Below the pieces are notes generated by a model. The model was not told the DNA's origin. It saw nothing but the letters and a program-made list of their open reading frames with translations, and made no database searches. This document shows, in pieces, positions 1-12,149 of a DNA stretch of 64,000 bases. The DNA comes from Camelus ferus (taxonomy: Eukaryota): positions 52,452,001 to 52,516,000 of the forward strand of contig NC_045701.1 in the NCBI RefSeq assembly GCF_009834535.1, in the 5' to 3' direction. A program made the translations under genes and the position numbers. Each line of letters starts with the position of its first letter. Positions within the stretch are counted from its first letter, which is position 1.

Positions 1-102
1 AAAGCTGATTATACAGAATAAGGAAAAAAACAACTCTGAACTTTTAACCTGCATGAGTCCTCATTAGAGTCTTAGAATCATAGAATATTCTAGAATGTAG
101 AG

Positions 103-290
103 CAGTAGCTCTTCATGTTGGCTGTATATTAGCATCACCCTGAGAGCTTTCAAAAAACCAACCAAATGAAAAACCCCCAACGCTGAGCCCCAACCTGATA
201 TTCTGATTTAAGTGCTCTAGGCTGCTGGATATCTGGGAATATTCAGGAGCTCTGACTGATTCTAACGCAGCAAGAGGGTGAGCCTCACTG
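103..290. mobile_element. MER5A/MER5B-like hAT-Charlie DNA transposon relic
   Basis: Resembles recalled MER5 consensus (cagtagctcttca...tattagcatcacc-tgagagctt...attctgattta...tgattcta); degraded, boundaries approximate. Confidence 0.55.
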
Positions 291-291
291 G

Positions 292-590
292 CAGAAATGA
301 ATGCAAGGCACGTATGTGATTTTAAATGATCTGGTAGCCAAATTCAAAAAGAAGAAACAAAGTATAATTAACTTTAGGAAAATATCTTACTTAACCCAGT
401 GTATCCAAAATATCATCCCTTTAGCATGTAATCAGTATTTTTTTTAAAAAAGACTAATAATGAGGTATTTTGTTTTTTCTTAGTAAAGCATCAAAATCTG
501 GTGTGTCTTTTACACTTCCAGCACTTTAGCAGCATTTCAAGAACTCAGTAGACATCCGTGGCTCATGGCTGTCTTGTTGGACAGTGAGTT
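292..590 (+). mobile_element. MER33-like hAT-Charlie DNA transposon
   Basis: Matches recalled MER33 consensus: atgtgattttaaat...tagcca...ttaacccagtgtatccaaaatat...tggtgtgtcttttacactt...gtggctcatggctgtcttgttggacagtg. Confidence 0.75.
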
Positions 591-1929
591 CATCTTCAAG
601 AAAAAGCTGTAGTGCCAGCCTCTGAAAGATAGATTTCTGCTTCTGGAAAACAAACCAATTGTCCATTTAACAAAGAAGAGGTGGTTCAAGAGACAGTGAG
701 GTGTAATTCTATATTATTTACTTCTTGCCAACAGCCTCTTAAAGATCACTGTGGAAGTCATCGGGGAGGTGGAATTTAGAAACTTTGCAGACGTTCTTCC
801 AAAAACGGAAACGTTGTCTGGGATTGAAGTGATACAGACCAGTCCTATGGTGATGCTATATTAAGGGACACAAATGAATATTGTGCTGATTTCTCAACAC
901 CTGTGATACTGGGAAGTGTTGACCTCCTACTGATTTTGATCTAGGAAAAAAGGAAGAATGTAGTCATTGGCTACATTTTCTTTTTCTTTCCTGGAATCAA
1001 CCAGTTTTAAATATGAGCGTCTTTTGGGATTTTGGTATTTGTATAGCTGACTCAGTGCTAGAATCAGGGACCTGGAGGGATAAGACTCTGTGGCTTGGCA
1101 TTCCTGATCCAATCTTCCTTCTCTTCTTAGAAAAGTGGCCTCACTCACTGATCTCCCCAACCAGCTGCTGAATGTAATAAAGGTCTTCCTAGTATTAATA
1201 TTAGATTGGATTCCTAGGACCTGATTTTTACCATGGGCTTTTTTTTTTTTTTTTCCTACAGAAATTAGAGAAATCATTTAGCCATTGGCATGTGTTAAAC
1301 TGTAACCAGGTCATGTTGCTCTTGTGAGCCTGAGGCAAACAAGCAGAAAGTGTTAGTGACGTGTGCTGAGAACTAGGTTAAACACATTTCTCAGGACAGA
1401 TCCCAGTAGTTTCCTAACACTGACAGTGAAGGGCAGAGGCACTCAGGAAGGATGGTCACCCTACCTGTCCAAGTGCCTCTGTGTTAAAGCCTCTTCTCTT
1501 TTCACCAAAATGTGTTTCCACCAAAGCTACTTCTTCCCAGAGCTGACTAGAGTTTTAAAAAAGAAAACACTGAGACGAACAAAATTGATCTTTGGCCCAT
1601 CTAGCCTCTCTGTTTTGTGCCCTTCTCTTCTGAAGACCCTGGAGTGTGTCTCTGCTGTCAAAACCCTTCTCAGCAAAGAGCCAAGAAGTTACTCACCCTA
1701 TGGAGTGACCTGTTTACATCAAAGTGTAAATGACACATAGCTTCTCTCTCTCACAGCACTTTATCCCCAAAGGAATAAACATCGCGCATTGGCTAGGTGG
1801 TCGGGAATTTTTAAAAGATGAGTGAAAGATTAGAACTAATGATCCCCTTAATAGCATGGTGTAGGCAAGAGCGTCTCTCTAGAACTCAGGAAGGAATGAA
1901 GTTGGAGAGCCCTTAAGGGAGGATGAACC

Positions 1930-1963
1930 TGCAATAATGATAGGCGGCCACCAGGGGGCACGT
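1930..1963 (+). promoter_or_regulatory. CTCF binding motif (core plus upstream module)
   Basis: Core CGGCCACCAGGGGGCACG (1945-1962) fits CCASYAGRKGGCRS; TGCAAT at 1930-1935 sits at the spacing of the known upstream module. Confidence 0.7.
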
Positions 1964-2639
1964 CAGTGCCTTGATTGCGTGGCAAAACTACCAGGCTTAC
2001 CGTAGAGAACATGGTAATTTTTACTTCTCTAAAAATGTACAATTTAAATAATATTACCAAAATTAGGTTTAAAGATGACTCATATGAGTAACTTCTGAAT
2101 CAAATCAAAACCCGGGAAAAAAATCTGCTACCTGCCTCGCTACTCCTAGGCGGCATTCATCATTCAGGGTAACCCTGTTTATAGCACCAGATGTCATGAC
2201 TACAGCCCTTCTGACTCACACTGACTTCTTATTTGGAAACTACACTCTTTTGTGAGGACAAAGGAGAACATTTAAAGTGGATTTTTCACAGTTTCAGTAG
2301 CCCAACAGTACTCTACCTCTCTTCCTTTACGACTGCTACGTGAAATGGAAGCTTTTTGTGTTAAAATGTGGGGATTGTTTTGTAAATGTAACTGTGGAGA
2401 GCACTTACATGATCTACTATTTTTACGAGATGGAGTAATCTAACCTGATATCTGCAAGATGTTATAAGGACTTTTGCGGCCAAATTACTGTAAAGTTACC
2501 CATTAAGAAGAGTCTGACACTTATAAGACAAAATGCTTGTGACTGAATCTGTCTGAAATCCTGCAGTGGTCTCCTTTGCTTAAGATGAGGCATAAATGCT
2601 GTCTAATGTGAATGGGTGTAGGACACACATAGTCAGTTA

Positions 2640-3010
2640 ATTTAAGTGGATGCTGAAGGATAAGGTGAAGACATATTATAAAGAAATCTTGATGTTTGGT
2701 TCAGGAGGTTGCACTTAATTTGATAGGTAGTAGGGAGCCATTGAAGGTTTTTGAATGAGAATGATGATATTCTTGGAGTGTGCTTTAACTGCAAGGAAAA
2801 TGGAAAGGACGAAAAAAGCTCAAAAGCATGGTGGAAGTAGATCCTATAGGATCAGGCAACAGATCAACGTGGAGACTAAGGAAGAAGGAGAAGTTAAAGG
2901 TGCCTAGGATTTTGAGCCCAGTGGGATGACAGTGCCCTGAAAGAGCAGAGAGGCCAAAAATTGTTGGAGAGAAATTTAATTAACTTGATCTTGAACATGG
3001 AGAGTTTGAG
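2640..3010 (-). mobile_element. L2 LINE fragment
   Basis: gggagccattgaaggtttttga... and ggattttgagccca...ggatgacagtgcc...gatcttgaacatggagagtttgag resemble antisense L2; degraded. Confidence 0.55.
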
Positions 3011-3339
3011 AATCAAATAAAAAATGTATCAAAGCATATTCTCATGTACAGCACAATTTTCGCTTAATAAAACAGTAATAATGCCATTTATTAAACATGA
3101 GGCAAGTATTTAACATGGACTCTCCCAGTCACAGGCTGAGCTCTCACTATCATGAAGTGATCTTTCAGTCCAGGAGGAGAAATCTTTGGGCGGAGGGGGA
3201 ATAGGTCCTGGGCTTATTCATCAGTTGAGGCAAATGAGAGGAAGCGTGTGAAGGAAGCAAAGGACACAGAAGAAGTGATGCAACAGAAGGTCACTCCAGG
3301 CAGCACAGCTGCTTGGAAATGATGACTGGGCTTTGGTGA

Positions 3340-3555
3340 ACAAGAGAATAGATTTTCAAGCAGGACTGGCTGAGTTCAAATTTAGATTCCATATTATCTT
3401 TGGCAACTCACCCTCTGTGTGCCTCCATTTCCCCATTGTGTATAAATGGGGCTGTTAAAAGTATGTGCTCATAGGATTGTGGTGAGGATTAAGTGAGATC
3501 ACGCTTGAAAGCACGAAGAACAATGCCTGGGATACAGCAGTAATTCAAAAGCTAT
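3340..3555 (+). mobile_element. MIR SINE
   Basis: gagttcaaat...ctctgtgtgcctccatttcccc...taaatgggg...ataggattgtggtgaggattaagtgagat...aatgcctgg follows MIR core order. Confidence 0.8.
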
Positions 3556-4742
3556 TTATGGTGCCAAAGGCGACAGAGGACTCCAGGCTAACGGGGAGAA
3601 AACAAAGACCATTTAGTGCATTTGACAAAGGGAGGTAAGGAATGACATTCTGGAGAAAAGTTTTCATGGAGTGGTGGTGGCGGAGGGCAAAGTTTGTCTT
3701 TAGAATGTTAAATTTCAGTTACAATGTAGAGTAATAGTAACAGCAATAACAGCAGGACAACATTTATTTCTTTCAGAATGGCCTTCTCATGGAATTTGTT
3801 ATACATTGGGTAATTGTTTTCAAAGTTTCTCATGCACAGGAATCGAGGCTGATAAAAGAGGAACAATATGTAAAAGAGTAGGTGTTTAATATTTATAACA
3901 CTGTGTAGTATGTTTACTTTCTCTCAGAAAAAAAAAAATTAACAGTAACATTCGCCTTAAGAAAATAATCTGATTACCCAGTCTATGCTGAATAGCTTAT
4001 TATCACACCTAGGAACTGCACTGCTGAACATTTTAAACTGTTTTCTCAGTGCACAACTTCTAAAACACCATGTACTCGAATATTATATTCCCTGCTATGA
4101 TAGTTCCCTTAGGACTTATCCTAAGTATAGATCAGTGATTGGATTAAATTTTTCTAGCAGGTATTTTTTTAAAAAATTCTAGTTGGCTGTATATTAGTAT
4201 CAAAATTTGCTTTCTTGGAATATGAATATTCACTATTACAGTTTTCTAGATTTGCTTCATTTAGAAACTGTAAAATTAGAAAAATACAGCCACATTAAAA
4301 AAAAAAAATGCCTAAAAGTAGTTACACTACAGTTCAGTAAATCACTGTAAACAATTTGGAATATTTCTTTCAGACTTTTAAAAATATATTTCTTTTTACA
4401 TAGTTTTGAATATCCCATATATACTATTTCAGACCTGCTCTTTAATATAAAATTATTAATAACTTTTAGTTGCCCATATAGTATCCACAACTGTGCCTTA
4501 ATTATTACACAACAATTTATCAAATAAGTATACTATAATTAATTTCATTATTTTCCTCTAGCTAGACCTTAGTTTCTTGTTTCCATTTTTTTGCTGTTAA
4601 AAATAATAATATTTAACATATTTAAGGATGAAACTTTTCCATATTTAGTATTTTTCTTTTTTTGGAAGTTGAACTAAGGGTCAAAGGGCATGCACATTTA
4701 TTTAGCATTTGGTATATACTGACAAATTATTCCCCAAAGGAT

Positions 4743-4768
4743 ACACACATGCATGCATGCATGTGTGT
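4743..4768. repeat. Perfect 26-bp palindrome in alternating purine-pyrimidine tract
   Basis: acacacatgcatgcatgcatgtgtgt is its own reverse complement (checked base by base). Confidence 0.95.
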
Positions 4769-6394
4769 GTTGGGCAGGGTACGGTGAGCAGATATAACTT
4801 TGATAATAGGATAAGATGCCTTGTTTTAGTTGTAATTCTGATTGCTTGTAAGTTTGAATTCTTTCCTGATTGCATCCTCTAATGGTATTTGCTTGTTCAA
4901 CTCTTTTGTGTTGGCCTTATTTCTAGGAAAGTCATTCTTTTGTTTAAACTTGATTTAAGGTAAATGGTTACAATAAGTTAGGTTATTTATTGCTTTCTGA
5001 TACTCCCTGCCTCCAGCCATCAAAGTACAGATTTCAATCTAGAGCTACGCATTTTAAGTGCAACTACAAAATCAATGAGCTTTAACAGAGCTAAATAATG
5101 TTTGTACTGAAACAGAATAAATCACCTAGAATACTCCCTTCAGAAAAAAGCTTCAGAGGTCCTTAGAAAGAAAAAGACCTTTAAGAGGCAAAGTGTGATA
5201 TAGTACATGAGCCTCTCAAAGAACTTGCGTAAAACATTGGGACAATCCGAGAGCATTTATTGAAGTAATCAGGTTTTGATAGACTGAGGAACATCTAAAT
5301 GCAAGATTCCTTGGCTTCTCATGCTACAAAATCAGTTTCTGTTCCTTCCATGAAAACTGCACTTTTTTTTTCCCCATTGAAAATACAGAGAAGGAGAAAA
5401 GGAAGAGTCTGGGGAATGGAAAATGACAAGTGAGTGGGTTACATGTTCTAGTGTTTGTTCCCTGCTGGCTCTGATGCATTCACTATGTCCCTCCTGCCCT
5501 GCTGTATTAGCTGGTCTGCAAAGAGCAGGAACCAATTCTAGCAAAAGAGCAGGACAAATGGAGAAGCGAGAAGAATTATTGGTGGTTTAGGCAGATGTCT
5601 CATGGACTCCCACGGGGAGGATGCAGTTGAGGAGGCTGGAGGGCTCTTTGGGAAAGCCTCCTTTCTCCTAATCTCTGCCTCAGCTTCTCTCTCAGTGCCA
5701 CATTTATTCTTTTTCTTATGGCCTTTCATTTACGGACCCAAACCTCCTAGGGTCACTAAGCCTTATGTCCACTAAGACTAGCCAACTAGTCTTAGTGGAG
5801 GACTCTCTTCATGCACCAGTCAACTGCAGCTGTGAGGCAGGGATTCCGGACGACAGAGACATGGCATTTCCTGCTACAGCTCTTTGGATGGTGCGTGAGT
5901 GGGTTGAAGCAGTTCCTAGAGATGAGGTGCTGGGCAAAAAGCTGAATAGCGTGCCTGGTCTACCTGCGCCCGGTTCCTTTCTGCCAGCCTTCTGCAGCCT
6001 TAGCTTTGCACAGACACTTGGTTTTCTCTGACTGGTCCATCGTCTGTTCCTCCAGGGGGCTAGATGCTGGCACTTCTGGGAACACGTATGTATGCATATG
6101 ACACCTGGTCTTGTTTTTGTATATTTCTGTTCACTGACAAGCAACGTATCATAAATGCCTTATTGTTTATTTCGTGTGTGTATAGATAGAAAGATAGAAG
6201 TATTTATTGCCTCAATTGTGTCTGTGAGAAATTTCTAGGAAAAAAAATGTAATGTTCTTCAGTGAAATAAGTTCTAGAAGTACTAAACAAAAATAGATAA
6301 TTTCTGTATTGCATGACTTCTCAGGGTCTTCAGTGCACTACATACTTTTATAGAGGAGAAAGAGACAGAATATTAGTTTCCAAAACTTACTGGA

Positions 6395-6400
6395 ATATAC

Positions 6401-6440
<40 letters not shown>
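6395..6440. repeat. Compound (TA)n(TG)n microsatellite
   Basis: atatacatatatat(gt)n atatat visible directly. Confidence 0.95.
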
Positions 6441-7169
6441 TTTCAGTTTGAGGAGTAGCTGTAAATACCTTGCATATTATCTAGAACACAGTTTAGGAAG
6501 TGCTGGCTTTTGTTCTAAAATAAATATGAGTTTTCCTTTGGAAAAGGGAGGGACAAAAGAGTTTTGTGCCAAAGAGCTAATACTTTGTTAAAGTAAAAGC
6601 CCAAGGGAGGAGGCAACTGGCGGAAATAAGTACGTTTGGGAGAAACTCAACCAGAGGGGACACCTGGGTTCCAGCCCTTCATGTTTTCCACTGACTTGTA
6701 AAGACCTCAGGTGAGCTATGAGCTCTTTAGAGTAAAACCTTAGATTAAAATGTTCCTTATCTGTTCCACCAAGTGTATTTTTCATGGTGTTTGGAATGGT
6801 GTATGAAATACTCTGCCACAAAGTTTAAGCACTTTTTGGAACACGTCTCTAGATAAGCTCAAGATCCAGATATTGTTGAAAGCAGCAGTAGGTTTAGCTA
6901 CTGTCCTCCATTAAAATGATTGTGTCATTATAACCGGGAACTAAATCTTTCCTTGTTTTCCTTACCTGCATCTAATTCTTTCCTTCCACATCAAGGGAAG
7001 GAGCAGCTTTCCAGAGGCTACTCTTTTGACAATAAATTCCTGACTTAAAAATTGAAACTCTTGTTTTTAACATCTTGTGAGGCTGGCTGGCAGTGGATAT
7101 ATATAAATTTTAGGTATCTTTATGACATCTTAAAAGTTAATCTCACCTTACATAACAATCACTCATCCA

Positions 7170-7700
7170 ACCACTATTTGTCATGCACGTACAGTGGGCC
7201 TGGCTTTGTCCTAAGTGCTGAGGCCATAGCAGTGAACAAGACAGATACAACTCTGCCCTTGTGAGCATCCATTTGTGTGTGTGTGTGTGTGTGTGTAGAC
7301 TGAGTTCAAATCAGCAAGCAGATATACAACATAATGTCAAATAGATGAGCGCTAAGAAGAAAAATAAAGCAGGGTAAAAGATAAAGTGACTGAAGGTGCT
7401 ATTTGGAATAGGATGGTCAGGGAAGTTCTCTATTCAGTTACCATCTGAGCAGAGACCTGGACTAAGGGAGTCAGTCCCAAGGCCATGGAAGGGAAGAGAG
7501 TTCCAGGCATCTGGAAAAGCAAGTGCAAAGGTCCTGGGGTAGACACTGCTAAGTGTCTTCCAGGAGCCAGAAAGAGGCCACAGTGGCTGGAGCCAGGTGA
7601 CCAAGGGGGAGAGAAATGGGAGTTGGGCTGTGTCTGTGTATGGGGATCTGATCAAGAAGAGCCCTGTAGATCATAGGAATACTTTTTTATTTTATTCTAA
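7170..7700 (-). mobile_element. L2a LINE 3' fragment with embedded (TG)n at 7274-7296
   Basis: gtgctgaggccatagcagtgaacaagacaga...ctgcccttgtgagc; ggatggtcagggaag; gcaagtgcaaaggtcctggggtag match antisense L2a 3' end. Confidence 0.8.
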
Positions 7701-8294
7701 GTGTGACAGGGCATAATAACCAGGATACAAAACATTAGGAACCATATCATGCATGTTCTTTCATTACCCTTTTTTCCTTCAATCACTGTAGCCAAGAAAT
7801 TCTTACATGAAAGGAAAAGAAACACATGTACTATCTGGCAAGCACATTGGGATTAGGGCCACCAGGAAATAGCAGCCCTGCGAGTGTGAGAGCCACGATG
7901 AATAGGCCCTTTCTAAAGGGATGGGCATAGCTGCTGCTTTGGGGTTCAATTTGTGGTCTATAAATATCGCTGTTAATACAACCCATTAACTTGGTGACGG
8001 GGTGAAGAAAGGCAAATAGCACCAGGCTGGAACTGCCTAATGATGAGTCAGAATTGCTCTGTTCCCACCTGCGTACCTTAAATGGATGGAGAACTGCTTG
8101 TAGGTACAGAGCGGCAGGCTGGCACAGGCTGGGAAGGACTGTGAGCCAAGTGACACTTAAGACTTACTGGGGACGGGGCAGAGAGGGCTCTTTCTGTGCC
8201 CTCAGAAACTCACTTAAGTTCTGTATCTTCCTGATAACACATCCATTGCGCTGGGTTTCAAGCTGATTGCTCAGGCCTTGCTTCTGGAAACATC

Positions 8295-8501
8295 TTTTTT
8301 TTTTTTTTAAATTGAAGTATAGTTGGTTTACAATGTTGTGTAAATTTCTGGTATACAGAATAGTGATTCAGCTATATATATATATATATTCCTTTTCATA
8401 TTTTTTTCATTATTGGTTATTACAAGGTATTGAATATAGTTCCCTGTGCTATACAGCAGGACCTTGTTGCTTATCTCTTTTATATATAGTAGTGTGTATC
8501 T
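8295..8501 (-). mobile_element. 5'-truncated L1 3' UTR terminus (cetartiodactyl type) with TSD
   Basis: polyT then aattgaagtatagttggtttacaatgttg...atagttccctgtgctatacag; flanking direct repeat aacatctttt at 8289-8298 and 8502-8511. Confidence 0.9.
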
Positions 8502-8689
8502 AACATCTTTTTCATGGCATGTAGACATGGTGATAGATTCCAGGCACTAGAGCCTGATGCTTTGGTTCACCAGTCATTCTGTACTTGGTAACCTGAAATT
8601 CGAACTCTAGCTCTGCCCCACCGAGTAGTTCTATATGCCTGAGCGAGTCCTGTTTCTTCTCCCTCCCCCTTCACCATTTCAGGTGTGGG

Positions 8690-8850
8690 AAAGAACCTGG
8701 TTCCAATTCCAGCTCTGTGACTTGGTCGCCATGTGTCTTGATTAGCAAGGACATAATCTTCCAGGGTCTCAGTTTCCTCCATTATAAAATAGGGTCAATA
8801 ACATGTTGTGATAGGATGGAAAGTGCCTGGCAAAGAACTTGGCATTCAGA
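8690..8850 (+). mobile_element. MIR SINE
   Basis: ggttccaattccagctctgtgac...gtctcagtttcctccattataaaatagggt...aaagtgcctggca. Confidence 0.7.
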
Positions 8851-9089
8851 GAAAACTTGAGACATGAAACAGACCTTGGAATGCAGTGAATAGGAATTTG
8901 AGCCTCCTTGAACTATCACTTGAAGATTGGTTGACCCGGAGGATAGTTTTTACATGTTGCTGATATTTGAAAAATTGAAATTTAGCCATAAAATATATGT
9001 AGTCCCTCTTCATGCTCCAACTATACACTTCTTCCACCCTCCCCATTCCTACAGTCCTGCCCGCTCAAGGGAAAGGAGAGGGACCAAGA

Positions 9090-10095
9090 CCTGTTAAGCA
9101 CCTACTGTGGGTGAGGAGTTTTACATATATTGTCTCATTTGATCCTCACAGCATTTTAAAGTGAGCATTGTTAAAAGGAATCCTCCTACACTGTTGGTGG
9201 GAATGTAAACTGATTCAGTCACTGTGGAGGACAATATTGGAGATTCCTTAAAGAACTAAAAGAACTAAAAATCAGTTACCATATGATCCAGCAATCCCAC
9301 TCCTGGGCATATATCTGGAGAGAACTCTAATTCAAAAAGGTACATGAACCCCAACATTCACAGCAGCACTATTTACAATAGCCAAGACATGGAAGCAACC
9401 TACATGCCCATTGACAGATGAGTTGATAAAGAAGATACAGTATATATATATACATATATATATATACACATACACAATGGAATATTACTCAGCCATAAAA
9501 AAGAAGTAATAATGACATGAAATGATGCCATTTGCAGCAATATGGATGGACATAGAATTTGTCATATTAAGTGAAGTAAGTCAGAAAGAGAAATAGAAAT
9601 ATCATATGATATCACTTATATGTGGAATTTAAAAAATGATGTGAATTTTTTTTTTCCAAACCAGAAATAGACTCAGACATAAAAAACAAACTATGGTTAC
9701 CAAAGGGGCAAGGAATGAAAGTGGGATACATTAGGACTTTGGGATTAACAGATATACATTACTATATATAAAATAGATAAACAACAAGGACTTACTATAT
9801 AGCACAGGGCACTATATTCAATTTCTTATAATAAGCTATTAATGGAAAAGAATCTGAAAATACGTGTGTATATATGTATAACTGAATCACTTAGCTGTAA
9901 TCTGAAATTAACATTGTAAGTCAACTACACTTCAATAAAAATTTTTTTTTAATAAAATAAGCATTATTATCCTCATCCAAGAGTTGAGAAAACAAAGCTC
10001 TGAAAAACTAAGAATTAAGAATTTACCAACTGAAAAAGTGCCAGAGCTGGAGTTTCAACCCAGGTCCACTTGAACCCCAAACCTGAATTCCTTCC
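9090..10095 (-). mobile_element. MIR SINE split by an L1 insertion (halves about 9090-9172 and 9954-10095)
   Basis: ttaagcacctactgtg...tctcatttgatcctcacagc before the L1; attatcctcat...gagaaaacaaagctctga...gccagagctggagtttcaacccagg after it. Confidence 0.75.
9173..9953 (+). mobile_element. 5'-truncated L1 (ORF2 C-terminal remnant plus 3' UTR)
   Basis: ggaatcctcctacactgttggtgggaatgtaaa...tatgatccagcaatcccactcctgggcatat...aactgaatcactt...caactacacttcaataaaa; decayed 15-bp TSD at 9158-9172 and 9954-9968. Confidence 0.92.
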
Positions 10096-12149
10096 AGGAC
10101 CCTGGGTGGACTCCTGAGAGCACATTACCATTAGCAACTCCTCAGTGTTGCACTAAAAGAATCCCCTGTAAACAAAACATGGGGATGTGGAGCCAGGGGT
10201 TTGACCCCTAGCCTCGCCTCTGAATCTCATTGGATCCTGTGAATAATTAATGTCCCAGAAATGAGGCCAGTTCTGTTGTTGATGGTTGAGTGTAAATCTG
10301 TCCTTGGGCAACACTAGAGAAAGATGCTTCTAGCCTGTTTTTTAAGTCAGCTCCCCTTCCTGGCAATCTCTTTTAGAATCTTGCACTCCTTACAGATGTC
10401 CTCATTTTGTGCCTCAATCCCCTTCACTGGGAGCATCTCTTTTGTAGAATAAATAGTCCTAGTTCTTGTGGATTTCTCATAAGACCTATTTTCTTGGTCT
10501 TTCAATAATTTTCACAACTCTTTTCTGGATGCTTTCCAGATTTTCCACTACTTGCCTAAGTTACTGAGTCCAGTTGCACATTTAATTCTAATAGAGCTCT
10601 GAGAAAAATGACCTGGAAGACCCATCTCATAGCCCCGTGAGCTCTCCTCCTGCTTATGGTCTACACTTCTGCTGCAGCGCTGCTGGGTCGTGTTCCTCAC
10701 TGTGAAGAAATGCCAGCTTTGGAAAAAGCAATAAATTAGGAAACTAGGGATTTTAGCAGCATCTAATAGAGCTACTGTTACTGCTATAGTAATGGTCAAT
10801 CCCTATACATACCCTTTTTAGTTCTAAGAAGGAACATAAAAATGAGCAAATTTTTTCACTAGCATCAAAAACTTACAAAGGGTGTCAAACAGATGAATCA
10901 ATTAAATGCACCTTGTTACTATTCCTGGCTTAAGCAGGGCAAAATTTTTAGTTAATAAAAATTGGGGAGAAACCCATAGGAAATAAACAAATAAGCTAAG
11001 AGAAAGACTTCAGAGCACAAGTTGTTTTGAAGTTTTTAAGAAAGTATCTAGTTTTGTTTTTGTTTTTGTTTTTTAACTTTTGGAGGATTTAAAAGGGAAT
11101 ATTTGGAATAAAGAAAGAAGCAGTTTATTACTTTTAAAAATTCTCTCATCACAGGGAAACGTTCATAATCTGATCTTTGAAGGTTCAGGATTGGATTTGG
11201 TTAATTAGTTTGAGAGTTATCATCATTTCATTAAAAATTTTTCAATTCCGCTTGGGGACTAGAATAGCTTTCAGAATTCTTACATACAATATTTTATTGC
11301 ATATTTGATCAGTATTAATTTTGTTTGCAAATATATTTTACAGTTTCATAGAGTCAGTGAAAAAACAAATGCTTCCATTTACAGAAAATTGTTATCTAAC
11401 AAATTGATCAAAATAAGCAGACAGATCTGACTGCAGATTCTGTGTCCCACACTGACCAGCAGCATGACCTTGAGAAGATGATGAAAACTCTTTGAGGCTT
11501 AAGTTTTTTTGTGTGAAGATACATGTACATGAAGTTCTTAATATAGGTTCGGAACATCTAACAGCTCAAAAAATAATAGTGTTCTTCTCTTTGATCATTT
11601 AACCTGAATTCTAATCCAGTCCTTCAAAATATTTGTCATCCATTATCTTAACAATTTTGTCATTGAAAAAAGATAAAATATCAGTCAAATTAACAACCCT
11701 TCAAAAGCCCGGCTGAAATGTTGCTGCTCACAAAATTGAACTATTTTCTTGCTTTTGTTTTTCTGACTATACCTGAAAAGTCTTTATTATTTCTTCATGA
11801 ACCTTTATTGACTTTTGGCATTGACACCCCTGTGTCATTTGTGTACTTTATACATGGTTTTTTGGCCAGAATGCCATGATTTTCATCTGTAACATAATCA
11901 TCTCCCAGTCACATGCTGTTCCAGAACAGTTTTTTATTTGTTTTTCAAATAAGAATTTCTATTTTCCTGATTTTATATACCCATAACTTTTTTTTAATTT
12001 CAGAGAGCTTTTTCCCCTGACAGTTTTCCTAAGCCATTTGAAAACTTAGGAAACATTAGTATTGTTTCTGGCTAATAAAAAACGTAGAAGTAGGCAGTTA
12101 ACACCAATTTTCCATTTTTCTCTACTAATGGAAAGAAAAATGATCATAC

